Source: Rubripirellula sp. (lineage in GTDB: Bacteria; Planctomycetota; Planctomycetia; Pirellulales; Pirellulaceae). From it: a stretch of 64,000 bases of DNA. Made by a program: the position numbers and the translations under genes. The notes under the pieces are model-generated. The model saw only the letters and a list, made by a program, of their open reading frames with translations. It did no database searches and was not told the origin of the DNA. The stretch covers positions 7,776,001 through 7,840,000 of the forward strand of contig OZ244207.1 of NCBI GenBank assembly GCA_965216875.1. Reading direction: 5' to 3'. Positions 46,682 to 55,464 of this stretch are shown in pieces; position 1 is the stretch's first letter; each line of letters starts with the position of its first letter.

Positions 46682-47746
46682 TCAAAGTCCCAATGCCGCG
46701 ATCGCATAATCGAGACTCTGTCGAACGTTGGATTGTTCGAGTTCGACTTGCTGTTGTGGATCCATTTTCGATGGGTATTGCAACGATTCGGCTTGGTTGT
46801 CGCGAACGGTTCGCAGCGTGCGCGCGAGGTCCTCGGCCGGTAGGTCTGGAAAAGTGCGCCAGTACTTTTCTTCGAGACACGGCACGTGCAACGGATCGCG
46901 GGTGAGAAGTTCGAGCGTGAAGTGGATCTTTGGCTTGGCATTTCGGAGGATCGTGACGATCTGTTTCAGGTCGATAAAACCTTGTCCGAGCGGGATGTCG
47001 CCAAACAGAAAACCATCTTTGGTCAGCTGCAATGCTTGGTCCTTGATGTGGACTGCGTGCGCCCAGGGAGCAAGTTCGCGGGCTGTCATCACCGGATCTT
47101 CGAGCAACGCAAAGTTGTTACCCGTGTCGACGCAGGCTCCGACATACGGGCTATCGATCCGCTCGAGTGCAGCGACGCGTTCGGCGATGCGATGGTCTTT
47201 GTGGTTTTCGGGTGCGAAGGCGACTTTGTGCTTTTCGGCGACCGGCGCGACAAGCTCGAGAGTCCGGCGAGCCTGTTTGTCGTGTTCGCGATATTGTTCA
47301 AGCGACTCGAAGTACTCGTACCTGCGACCCGTAAAGATCGTCGAACGTACCGCAGGGGCGCCGACAGCTGCAGCCGTTTTCATCTGGGCGTCAAAGTGTT
47401 CGACATCGGATGGTTTTTTCGGGCGTCCTACGATCCCTTCGATATACAGACCCAGCGTGTCCGCTTTTTGCCTGAGTGCCTCGGCGCGGGCTTGGTCCAT
47501 CACGCCAAGCGACAATTGAATGCCCCCGGCGCCGACGGCGGCAGCATGGTCAAGGAACTTCTCGGCAGTGAAATGGTCTTTTCCCGTCTGCTTCTTTTTC
47601 AGTCGTTGTTCGATGCGAACGCAATATTGGCACAGACCCATGAGCGATTGCTTGGCTGCAAAACGGGCAGCAGCAGGTTTGGCTAGCGCCGCAGTGGCTG
47701 TGGTCGCAAGGAGAGATTGAAGGGCGGCGCGACGAGTGACTTGCAT
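46682..47746 (-). CDS. Sugar phosphate isomerase/epimerase (xylose isomerase-like TIM barrel), Tat-exported
   Basis: TRRAAL, ENHKD, DTGN, HIKD, LGQGFID, LE motifs. Confidence 0.9.
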   Translation of the reverse strand: MQVTRRAALQSLLATTATAALAKPAAARFAAKQSLMGLCQYCVRIEQRLKKKQTGKDHFTAEKFLDHAAAVGAGGIQLSLGVMDQARAEALRQKADTLGLYIEGIVGRPKKPSDVEHFDAQMKTAAAVGAPAVRSTIFTGRRYEYFESLEQYREHDKQARRTLELVAPVAEKHKVAFAPENHKDHRIAERVAALERIDSPYVGACVDTGNNFALLEDPVMTARELAPWAHAVHIKDQALQLTKDGFLFGDIPLGQGFIDLKQIVTILRNAKPKIHFTLELLTRDPLHVPCLEEKYWRTFPDLPAEDLARTLRTVRDNQAESLQYPSKMDPQQQVELEQSNVRQSLDYAIAALGL

Positions 47747-47897
47747 GGCGAGGGAGAGGTTGGAGACTCGCTTGATTCGGGCGTCGTTCTTGACGAAGTG
47801 GCCCGGGAATAGACAACATCTTAACTAAACACCGACGGTCATATCGGGGCTCGCCACGTGGACGCCCAGCGGCCGGAAACCGAGTGGGAGCAACGAT

Positions 47898-48416
47898 TTG
47901 GCTCGAAACATTGAAATCAAGGCGCGATTGTCCGCCCCGGAGCGACAACTTCAGTTGGCCGAAGCGATCGCTGACCAGCCTCCCCGAGTGATCGTGCAGG
48001 AAGACACGTTTTTCAATTGCACCACCGGGCGATTGAAGCTGCGAGTCTTTGAAGATGGCACGGGAGAGCTGATTCAATACCAACGCGACGATCAGGCGGG
48101 ACCGAAGACGTCGAGCTATGTGTTGTCGCCGACGTCAGATCCCAATTCCCTCAAGACGGCCCTCGATCGAGCGTATGGGGTGCGCGCCGTGGTGCGTAAA
48201 ACCCGCAAGCTATTGATGGTGGGCAGGACACGCATTCACCTTGACAGCGTCGAAGGGCTCGGTGATTTCTTAGAGCTCGAAGTCGTCCTCGAACATGGCG
48301 AGAACGAAGCCGAGGGTCGCCGTGAAGCGGATCAGTTGATGGAGCGACTTGAGGTCACGTCTTCGATGCTGATTGAGTCGGCTTATGTTAATTTGTTAGT
48401 GAGCCGAACGCGCTAG
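47898..48416 (+). CDS. cyaB: Class IV adenylate cyclase / CYTH family protein
   Basis: RNIEIKAR, QEDTFF, RLKLR, RIHLD.VEGLGDFLELE; TTG start. Confidence 0.88.
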   Translation: MARNIEIKARLSAPERQLQLAEAIADQPPRVIVQEDTFFNCTTGRLKLRVFEDGTGELIQYQRDDQAGPKTSSYVLSPTSDPNSLKTALDRAYGVRAVVRKTRKLLMVGRTRIHLDSVEGLGDFLELEVVLEHGENEAEGRREADQLMERLEVTSSMLIESAYVNLLVSRTR

Positions 48417-48571
48417 CGTCGGGTCTTTCAGGTGTGTGTTGAAATACTGGCGGCGAGCGCCTTACCGCTCACCAGCGAGACGAACGTAGCCTGTGATTCT
48501 TTGATTGTCGCCTTTTGCTCCGCAAAAGTTGCGTTTGTTGACGCTACTTTCGCGGAGCGAAAGGCGACGAT
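48399..48571. repeat. Two palindromic interspersed repeats between convergent genes
   Basis: GTGAGC...GCTCAC element (48399-48472) and a 28-bp inverted repeat 48507-48534/48541-48568 (25/28). Confidence 0.85.
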
Positions 48572-48601
48572 TGCACTGTGCCGAAGCCAAAGACGTCTGA
48601 T

Positions 48602-49483
48602 TTAGTCGTCGAGCCATCGTTTGCTTAAGCCTTGGTAATCGTCGATTCGACGATCTCGCAGGAATGGCCAATGCGTGCGAACGAGGTCGATGTCATCGAG
48701 CTGGCAATCGGTGGTGAGGATGCCTGGTGTTGTGTGATCGGCTTCGGCGACGACTTCACCTCGTGGGTTGACGATCAAAGAGGCCCCCCAAAATTCAAGG
48801 CGTTGTTCCACACCTACGCGGTTCGGGGCGCCGAGCCAAAGGCCGTTGCTGATTGCGTGGGCCCGGAGCGCTGTACGCCAAGCATCGTGTTGGCCGGCAC
48901 CGTACTCATCCTTTTCTTCGTCGATCCAACCGATTGCCGTCGGGTAAAGAAGGATCTCGGCGCCAGCCAATGCGAACAAGCGCGCTGCTTCGGGGAACCA
49001 TTGGTCCCAGCAAATCCCGATGCCCAGTTTGGCGTACTTGGTTTCGATGGGTGTGAAGCCCAGATCGCCCGGAGCGAAGTAGAACTTCTCGTAGAAGAGT
49101 GGGTCATCAGGAATGTGCATCTTTCGATACGTTCCGGCGACCGAGCCGTCGGCGTCGAGGACAACGGCCGTGTTGTGGTACAGTCCCGGTCCTCGCTTTT
49201 CAAAAATGGGTACGACGATGACAACGCCGTGTTTGGCCGCAAGCTGTGACATTGCCGAAACGGCGGGTCCATCAATCGGCTGAGCAAAATCAAACTGGCA
49301 ATGATCCTCGGCCTGACAGGGATAGTGACAGTGGAAAAGCTCTTGCAGGCAGATCACTTGCGCTCCATCGGCCGCGGCCTGTTCAATCCAATCGGTCGCG
49401 GTCGCGAGGATCTTCGTACCATCACCGGGATCGCCGTCGACGGCTCGCATTTGAACGAGGCTTAAGCGTACATTGCGTGTCAC
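48602..49483 (-). CDS. aguB: Carbon-nitrogen hydrolase, N-carbamoylputrescine amidase-like
   Basis: LQELF, YRKMHIPDDP.FYEKFYF.PGDLG, ICWDQWFPE, YPTAIGW, WPFLRDRR. Confidence 0.88.
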   Translation of the reverse strand: MTRNVRLSLVQMRAVDGDPGDGTKILATATDWIEQAAADGAQVICLQELFHCHYPCQAEDHCQFDFAQPIDGPAVSAMSQLAAKHGVVIVVPIFEKRGPGLYHNTAVVLDADGSVAGTYRKMHIPDDPLFYEKFYFAPGDLGFTPIETKYAKLGIGICWDQWFPEAARLFALAGAEILLYPTAIGWIDEEKDEYGAGQHDAWRTALRAHAISNGLWLGAPNRVGVEQRLEFWGASLIVNPRGEVVAEADHTTPGILTTDCQLDDIDLVRTHWPFLRDRRIDDYQGLSKRWLDD

Positions 49484-49529
49484 GGATTCGATCCAGTTGG
49501 TTGATGGTGCTCAGTTCGGAGAATAGCTA

Positions 49530-50213
49530 GTGACACATGGTAAGCGGCGAACCTTGTTTTTTGCAGGGACCGACACCGACGTTGGCAAAACCTATGTCGC
49601 AGCCACGGTGGCTCGCACTTTGGTGGCAGCTGGCCGTCGTGTAGGCGTTTACAAGCCGGTTGCGAGTGGTTGTCGTGTCGAAGATGACTTTCGCGTTGCC
49701 GATGATGCGTTGGCACTTTGGAATGCCGCGGGGCACCCACAAACTCTTGATGAAGTTTGCCCACAGCGTTTTCTCGCGCCGCTCGCGCCGCCGGTGGCCG
49801 CTGCCGCCGAAGGAAGTGTGGTTGATACCGATCGACTCGTCGATGACGCCGGTGCGTGGGATTCCGACTACGATCCCTTGATCGTCGAAGGGGCTGGTGG
49901 CCTGATGAGTCCAATTGCCGAGGGAATGTTGAACATCGACCTCGTGGCAAAGTTTGAGCCTTGTCGGTTGGTCATCGTCGCAGCGGATCGATTGGGCGTG
50001 ATTCATCAAACGATTGCTACGTGCGAAGCGGCAAAGCACCGAGGCGTCACGCCTCATGGGATCGTGCTGAGCCAGCCTGCTCAGGAGTCGGATGAGTCGA
50101 CCAACAGCAACCTCGAACAATTACGCCGCTACTGTGATGTACCGGTCATCGGCCATGTCGCGTTCGGTCAAACCCGAGTCGACGAGTCGATGATTCAGAA
50201 GTTGCTGAACTGA
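49530..50213 (+). CDS. bioD: Dethiobiotin synthase
   Basis: GTDTDVGKT, YKPVASG, VEGAGGLMSP, LGVIH. Confidence 0.95.
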   Translation: MTHGKRRTLFFAGTDTDVGKTYVAATVARTLVAAGRRVGVYKPVASGCRVEDDFRVADDALALWNAAGHPQTLDEVCPQRFLAPLAPPVAAAAEGSVVDTDRLVDDAGAWDSDYDPLIVEGAGGLMSPIAEGMLNIDLVAKFEPCRLVIVAADRLGVIHQTIATCEAAKHRGVTPHGIVLSQPAQESDESTNSNLEQLRRYCDVPVIGHVAFGQTRVDESMIQKLLN

Positions 50214-52378
50214 CGCAACAAACTGTGTCCCGCGAGACGATCCTGGACCCATGCGGTGCCAGAATCGAGCAGTGTTTGTCCCACTGTTTTTTGATTGTCA
50301 TCGGCTGATACACGAACAGATTGTTGATCGTGTAGGTGCGCGGACAATGTCGTCTTCGGTGCGAGGCGAACTTCGTACCGTGGTCGGAGCAATCGCATGG
50401 TATCGCTCTGTTTGCCAGCGCCGGTGGGGTCGACGGTGCGGACGGCGAGTGGGCCCCCGTACTGGGCGCTCAGTGAGTCGGCTGGCAGTCGGTCAGTTGG
50501 CGTGGGAGCAACCTCGGTCACTTCGCCAGTGTGTTGCAGACTTGTGCGGTCGAGCGTTGTTAGCCGCACAGAGTCTCCGATGCGGTCTTGCCATTGGTTT
50601 CGGTCCGTCTGGTCAACCGTGAACACCACCTCGATTTCATCGGGACGAACGATGCGCATCAGCGTTGTGCCTTCGCGGACGTATTGGTCCAGCCAATCCG
50701 AGAGATCATGCTCAGAGGCGATGACACCGTCGCTGGTTGCGACAATGTCCATTTTGTCGAGTTGGTTACGACGAATCTGGATCTGTTGTTTCAAACTATT
50801 GATTTGTGAGCGTTGTGCATCGATGCTGGCCGTCGCCGACTGAGCGACGAGGCGTCGGAAATTCAGGTTGGCCTTCGCAAGTTGGACGACCAAGTCGTTG
50901 TAGTCTTGCTCGAGTTCTCGGTTCTCGATCATTGCAAGTCTTTGGCCCGCTTCGACGTGCTCGCCTGTGCTGACGAAGACTTCGCGAACGAAACCATCGC
51001 TCGCGCATCGCACCGTTTCAGGCTCGTGAAATTGAATGACCCCAGTCTCAACCCCCGAGCCAGGCATTGGAATCGACGCGATCACAAACAAGATCGCTGC
51101 CGTTGTCAACAGTCCCAAAGTTGCACGGATCGGACGAAGTGTTCGAATCGTTTTTGGCAGCCCCACAATGGCTTTCGTCATCAAGGTAACGATGGCTGCA
51201 ACGGCAAGAAGTGAGCCTGCACCTTGGAACAAGTACTCTGCGGCCAGCAGGAGTCCAACAAGCACGACGACGCGCCATGCCAGGATGGCGACTCCGTAGA
51301 TTCGAAAGAATACCCCGCGTAGACCCCGCGGCGGATGACAGCCTTCGCTCGAGGTGCCGAGCACGATGCGCGAGGCCAGGCGACTCCAGTACGACGACGC
51401 GTCGGAATAGAGGTTGGGCAATCTGACCAAGTCAACAAGGATGTGATAGCCATCAAAACGCATTAAAACGTTTGCGTTGAAGATCAACGTGACCGCTGAC
51501 GCCGTGACTGCGATGGTCGCTGCGATGTGCCTGATTTCAGGTGAATGAGACAACCCAAAGACCACAACCGCCATTGCTGCGACGGCAAGTTCGGCCAGCA
51601 TTCCGGCTGCGGCGATCGCGATTCGGTCTCGGCGGCGGTTGAGTTGCCACGATCGGCTAACGTCAACAAACGGAAGCGGAAGCAATAGGATCCAGAGTAT
51701 GCCGAATTCATCGATATCGACGCCCATGCGTCGTGCGACGACCGCGTGAGCAGCTTCATGGATCACCCTGAGCACGATTGCCGCGAGACCAATTTGCCAC
51801 CACAGACCATTGTGAACGATTGGAGCAAACGCAGCATTCCACCCCGAAAGGTCACCAATCACTTGCGTGATTGCGTAGACGATCAAGGTGAGGGTCGCGA
51901 CCAGTGCGTATCGATTCGTCCAGGGCGCCGTGTAGCGGGTGAGTGTGTCGATTAGACGCGTGGGCGTTTTGAGCGAAGTCTTGACGCAAAGCGGCGAGAT
52001 GCGGACTCGTCCTTTCGTTCCTGCGTGTTTTCCGATTCGACGCACGTCGCGACTGACGTCCGCCTGCGTGGCCAGACCAGTCTTTTCAAGCCAGGCGGCG
52101 ACCGCTTCGGCTTCGCTTTGATCGAGCGCGATCTCGGGTCGCCCCGTGCGCTTAGCCAGTGCTTGCGTTGCTTCCGACGCGGTTTGGAGGTCCGTGTTTC
52201 CGTCCAGCATGGAGGCGAACGCGTATTCGGCGAACCCGATTTCGTAGTGCATGCCCGTTGCGGGATTGGTGACCGAATAGCTCGGTCCGCCAGCGAATTG
52301 GTGTGGAGTCCAAACCAAATCGGGACGCATTTGAAGGCAGGTTTCAGCTGCTGTGTCGTGCTTGGCCAATTGCGACAT
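50195..52378 (-). CDS. M50 metallopeptidase fused to N-terminal winged-helix (PqqD/RRE-like) region and C-terminal HlyD-type adaptor
   Basis: IHEAAH, AAAGMLAE, FNANVLMRFDGY; N-terminal YSVTNPATGMHYEIG..EY.F...LDG; C-terminal DGFVREVFVSTGEHVEAGQ plus coiled coil. Confidence 0.85.
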   Translation of the reverse strand: MSQLAKHDTAAETCLQMRPDLVWTPHQFAGGPSYSVTNPATGMHYEIGFAEYAFASMLDGNTDLQTASEATQALAKRTGRPEIALDQSEAEAVAAWLEKTGLATQADVSRDVRRIGKHAGTKGRVRISPLCVKTSLKTPTRLIDTLTRYTAPWTNRYALVATLTLIVYAITQVIGDLSGWNAAFAPIVHNGLWWQIGLAAIVLRVIHEAAHAVVARRMGVDIDEFGILWILLLPLPFVDVSRSWQLNRRRDRIAIAAAGMLAELAVAAMAVVVFGLSHSPEIRHIAATIAVTASAVTLIFNANVLMRFDGYHILVDLVRLPNLYSDASSYWSRLASRIVLGTSSEGCHPPRGLRGVFFRIYGVAILAWRVVVLVGLLLAAEYLFQGAGSLLAVAAIVTLMTKAIVGLPKTIRTLRPIRATLGLLTTAAILFVIASIPMPGSGVETGVIQFHEPETVRCASDGFVREVFVSTGEHVEAGQRLAMIENRELEQDYNDLVVQLAKANLNFRRLVAQSATASIDAQRSQINSLKQQIQIRRNQLDKMDIVATSDGVIASEHDLSDWLDQYVREGTTLMRIVRPDEIEVVFTVDQTDRNQWQDRIGDSVRLTTLDRTSLQHTGEVTEVAPTPTDRLPADSLSAQYGGPLAVRTVDPTGAGKQSDTMRLLRPRYEVRLAPKTTLSAHLHDQQSVRVSADDNQKTVGQTLLDSGTAWVQDRLAGHSLLRQFSNF

Positions 52379-52380
52379 CC

Positions 52381-54195
52381 CTACATCCAAAACTTTGAAG
52401 CTTGCTGCAGGCAACGTTTGAGGACGACATTCCAAAGTGGACGTTTTTCGCCAATCACTTTGGCGACACCACTAGCGCCTGGGCGGAGGATTCCGCCTTC
52501 GTTGTCGATCGAAGCGCGAGCGATGAACACGTTTTGCCCACCACGGATCTTGGCGCTCGATTGAATCGAATCGATGGTTGCGGTCATTGATTCGCTACCG
52601 AAGGCGTCAAAGGCAACTTGCACGGTCATGCCTTCGGCGATTTCAGCGAGTTCGTCTTCCGGAATCGCTATTTCGAGCCAGAGCTTGTCGAGGTTGGCAA
52701 CTTCGGCGATCAATTGGCCCGTTGTGACCGGTGCGCCTTGAACCCCATCGAGTTCGCCGGCAATGATCACACCCTCGATGGGCGAAGTGACGGCAAGGTT
52801 GTTTTGGCGATGTTGCACCAACTCGATTTCCTGGTCGATGCGAGCCAGTTCCAATTCAGCTAGTTGTTGATCGGCGACTTGGTCACGGGCGCGATGGACA
52901 TCACGCTGTTTGAGAGCCCGGTCTTGGTCGGCTCGAAGCGCAGCCAGCTGGATTTGCAACTCCCGATCGTCCATCGTCGCGATCAAACTGTCGTAACGAA
53001 CCAGGTCGCCGATGCGGGCATGCGTGTTGCTGAGCGTGCCAGCGTGAGGTGCAACGATGAAACCGCGGTTTTGGGGAATGAGTGTCGCTGACGCAGGGAC
53101 CCGATAGTGGACCGGAAGGAATCCGATCGCAATCAGAACGGCGGAGGCGAGCGCAAAGGTTCGGTGAGCGTTGAGAAGTGATCCAAGGTTGCCCCAGAAC
53201 TTGCTAAATCCGGATTGGTGGTTTGCACGCCAAAGCGAAAGGCTCTTGCCGACAAGATCGCCAATCTGTGAGAGCTGTTCGCGCTGGAACATCTCGCGAT
53301 CCGAACCGACGCAAGAGATCACCGCCTGCAATACGCCATGGTCGTCAAACACAGGAATGCTGCCGACGACGCAATCGGATTGACGCGGCCGATCACTGAT
53401 CTGCTCGGCAAGTCCGCGGTGGGCAAGGGTAGCGGCCTTGTTTTCGTCCAGGTCGGGCCAACGGGTGACTTCGCGGCGCAGGAGCGTTTCGGCGAAAACG
53501 TTTTGCCACTTGGATTCGGCGATAGGATCGCCCGAACCGCCGATTGCCGCTACCGAGATTCGCTGGTCGGTCTCGGAACGCACAAAGCCAATTGCGGTTT
53601 GGTAGGCACCGGTATGAATGGCAATCAGATCGACGACGTGTTCGGCAAGTTGTCGTTGGTTGTCACTCGCAAAGATCAAATGTTGTAGTTCGGCGAGCCA
53701 CAAATGATCAGCTGCCCTGTTTGTTCGGGAGCCTGATTCGCGTTGAGTTTGCCACAGCCTTCCGTACGAAGCCGCAAGTTGCAGTGAAAGTACAAACGGT
53801 TCGACCGCGGCTTGACCGAGTTGCAACGCAATGGTCACGACCGCCGTCTCCCCTTCGATCACGCCGATCGGTGTCGCGATCAACGTGGGCAATTCAAGAC
53901 GCGATAGCTCGGTACGTTGGTTCGCCAAAGCCGCAAGGGCAAGCTGAGTGACACGCGCCGCACCAGCCGCGTCAAAGTGCTCCTTTGACCCATTGACCAA
54001 CGTCGCTGTGACCTGGTTGTGGTCGCTAAATCGTTGCACAACGCAACAATCGGCGTTGGTCATTTGCGCGGCGAGTTGTCCCAGTTGCCCCAGAAAGTCG
54101 TTTGCATCGAGGGTCGGATCGTTGTTCGATGCAAGTGATTCAAGATGCTTGGGAAGGGACGCCAAGTCGAGGGTCACTGCGGAAGGTTCCTTCAT
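52381..54195 (-). CDS. HlyD-family periplasmic adaptor with N-terminal GAF-like region
   Basis: About 340-aa soluble N-terminus, one TM, then IVAPHAGTL, coiled coil, SPIEGVII, LRPGASGVAK. Confidence 0.82.
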   Translation of the reverse strand: MKEPSAVTLDLASLPKHLESLASNNDPTLDANDFLGQLGQLAAQMTNADCCVVQRFSDHNQVTATLVNGSKEHFDAAGAARVTQLALAALANQRTELSRLELPTLIATPIGVIEGETAVVTIALQLGQAAVEPFVLSLQLAASYGRLWQTQRESGSRTNRAADHLWLAELQHLIFASDNQRQLAEHVVDLIAIHTGAYQTAIGFVRSETDQRISVAAIGGSGDPIAESKWQNVFAETLLRREVTRWPDLDENKAATLAHRGLAEQISDRPRQSDCVVGSIPVFDDHGVLQAVISCVGSDREMFQREQLSQIGDLVGKSLSLWRANHQSGFSKFWGNLGSLLNAHRTFALASAVLIAIGFLPVHYRVPASATLIPQNRGFIVAPHAGTLSNTHARIGDLVRYDSLIATMDDRELQIQLAALRADQDRALKQRDVHRARDQVADQQLAELELARIDQEIELVQHRQNNLAVTSPIEGVIIAGELDGVQGAPVTTGQLIAEVANLDKLWLEIAIPEDELAEIAEGMTVQVAFDAFGSESMTATIDSIQSSAKIRGGQNVFIARASIDNEGGILRPGASGVAKVIGEKRPLWNVVLKRCLQQASKFWM

Positions 54196-54503
54196 ACCGA
54201 GCTGCCCTCGCTAGTGCTGGTTGCATCGAACGCGAGTGGGGGCAAACTCGCACGCCCTTGATTGGGTTCGGCTGGCCGTGACCGCAGAAGTTGTCCGAGC
54301 AGGCTGTGCAACCGTTCGGCTGCTGACCAAGGCAGAGCAAGTCGCGTGTGAATAGGCAATTGGTCCGCCGAACCCTCTGATCCAGCGGCCACCACGGCGG
54401 CTCCGCAATCGAGGATCACTTCCTCTTCGCCCGCTGCAGCGATGAACTGGGACGTGTAGAGCAGGTTATGGTTGCTGTAGACGAATTCAACGGGTTGATT
54501 CAT
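54192..54503 (-). CDS. DUF3467-like small protein
   Basis: LYTSQF...EEEVILDC...IHTRLALPWSAAERLHSLL; ATG 54503; 4-bp overlap with the next gene. Confidence 0.72.
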   Translation of the reverse strand: MNQPVEFVYSNHNLLYTSQFIAAAGEEEVILDCGAAVVAAGSEGSADQLPIHTRLALPWSAAERLHSLLGQLLRSRPAEPNQGRASLPPLAFDATSTSEGSSV

Positions 54504-54558
54504 GGCTCGGTCAGTCGTTAGTGCGGATTGCTTCAAAGTCTGGTGTGTTGGAAACGGG

Positions 54559-55464
54559 CTAGCGTGACGGGTTGATTTCGGGCCAATTCCAAGTCGCGAG
54601 CAGTCCGCTACGGAGTTTGGACTCGTGATTATTGATTCGAATGTCGACACGAACGGTTCCCGATTCGCTGTCCGTGATGGGCGAAACGAAATCGATTTTG
54701 CCGTCGACGACACGTTCAAGTTCGCTGAGTTGCAACCTGACTTGTTGCTCTGGTTGCAACTGGAATGCGAGTTTGGTCGGAACGTTCAATCGCAATCGCA
54801 GTTGTTTGAGAATCGCGATCTTTGCAATCACCGGATCCGAAGCCGCCGCGTATTCCCCTTTGCGACGTTTCATTTCGATCACCACACCATCAATCGGTGA
54901 GCGAACGACGTGACTCTCGATTTGGGCTTCGATCCGAGCAACCTCGGCGGCCGCAATATCGATTTTCTCTTGAGCCGCGAGCAATGCGGACTCCGCTTCT
55001 CGCACGACAAGTTCCGCTTGGTCGACCTCGGTTTGGCTGGCGTGCGACTCATCGAACAAAGCGGTCAGGTCCTCATGCCGTTTGGCGGCATGGTTCAGGC
55101 GTGCACGAGCCGATTCGGCTTCACCCATTGCACTTGCACGCTGCTTGGCCACTTCAAGGCTGGCTCGCAGAACAGCATCGTCAAGTCGCGCGATGGCGTC
55201 GCCCGCGGACACTGTCGCACCATCCTTTGCGATGACGTCTGCAAGCCGCCCCGGTTGGGCGACGGCCACTTCGATCGATTCCCACGGTTGCAAGAACCCA
55301 ACCGACGCTCTCGGGGACACCGAATAGGTCGCGGATCTTGCCGCGGTCAGTCTCGGCGTCTTCGCGTCAACGGTTGCGGATCCTGCGATCGCGACCACGG
55401 CGATGAAGGCGTGTCGAACGCAAGAATGCTTGAAGCTCGGTGTGTGTTTGCCCATCCTATTCAT
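54559..55464 (-). CDS. Efflux periplasmic adaptor (membrane fusion protein)
   Basis: Lipoyl halves (QPGRL...GATVSAGDAIARLD; RSPIDGVV), hairpin, FVSPITDSESGTVRV, LRSG. Confidence 0.9.
   Translation of the reverse strand: MNRMGKHTPSFKHSCVRHAFIAVVAIAGSATVDAKTPRLTAARSATYSVSPRASVGFLQPWESIEVAVAQPGRLADVIAKDGATVSAGDAIARLDDAVLRASLEVAKQRASAMGEAESARARLNHAAKRHEDLTALFDESHASQTEVDQAELVVREAESALLAAQEKIDIAAAEVARIEAQIESHVVRSPIDGVVIEMKRRKGEYAAASDPVIAKIAILKQLRLRLNVPTKLAFQLQPEQQVRLQLSELERVVDGKIDFVSPITDSESGTVRVDIRINNHESKLRSGLLATWNWPEINPSR

Noticed and set aside
45226..46941. Long N-terminal extensions in the ORF track (46941; also 1793, 2517, 54719, 63876)
   Set aside because: They overlap neighbouring genes; downstream starts give proper signal or Tat peptides or family N-termini.
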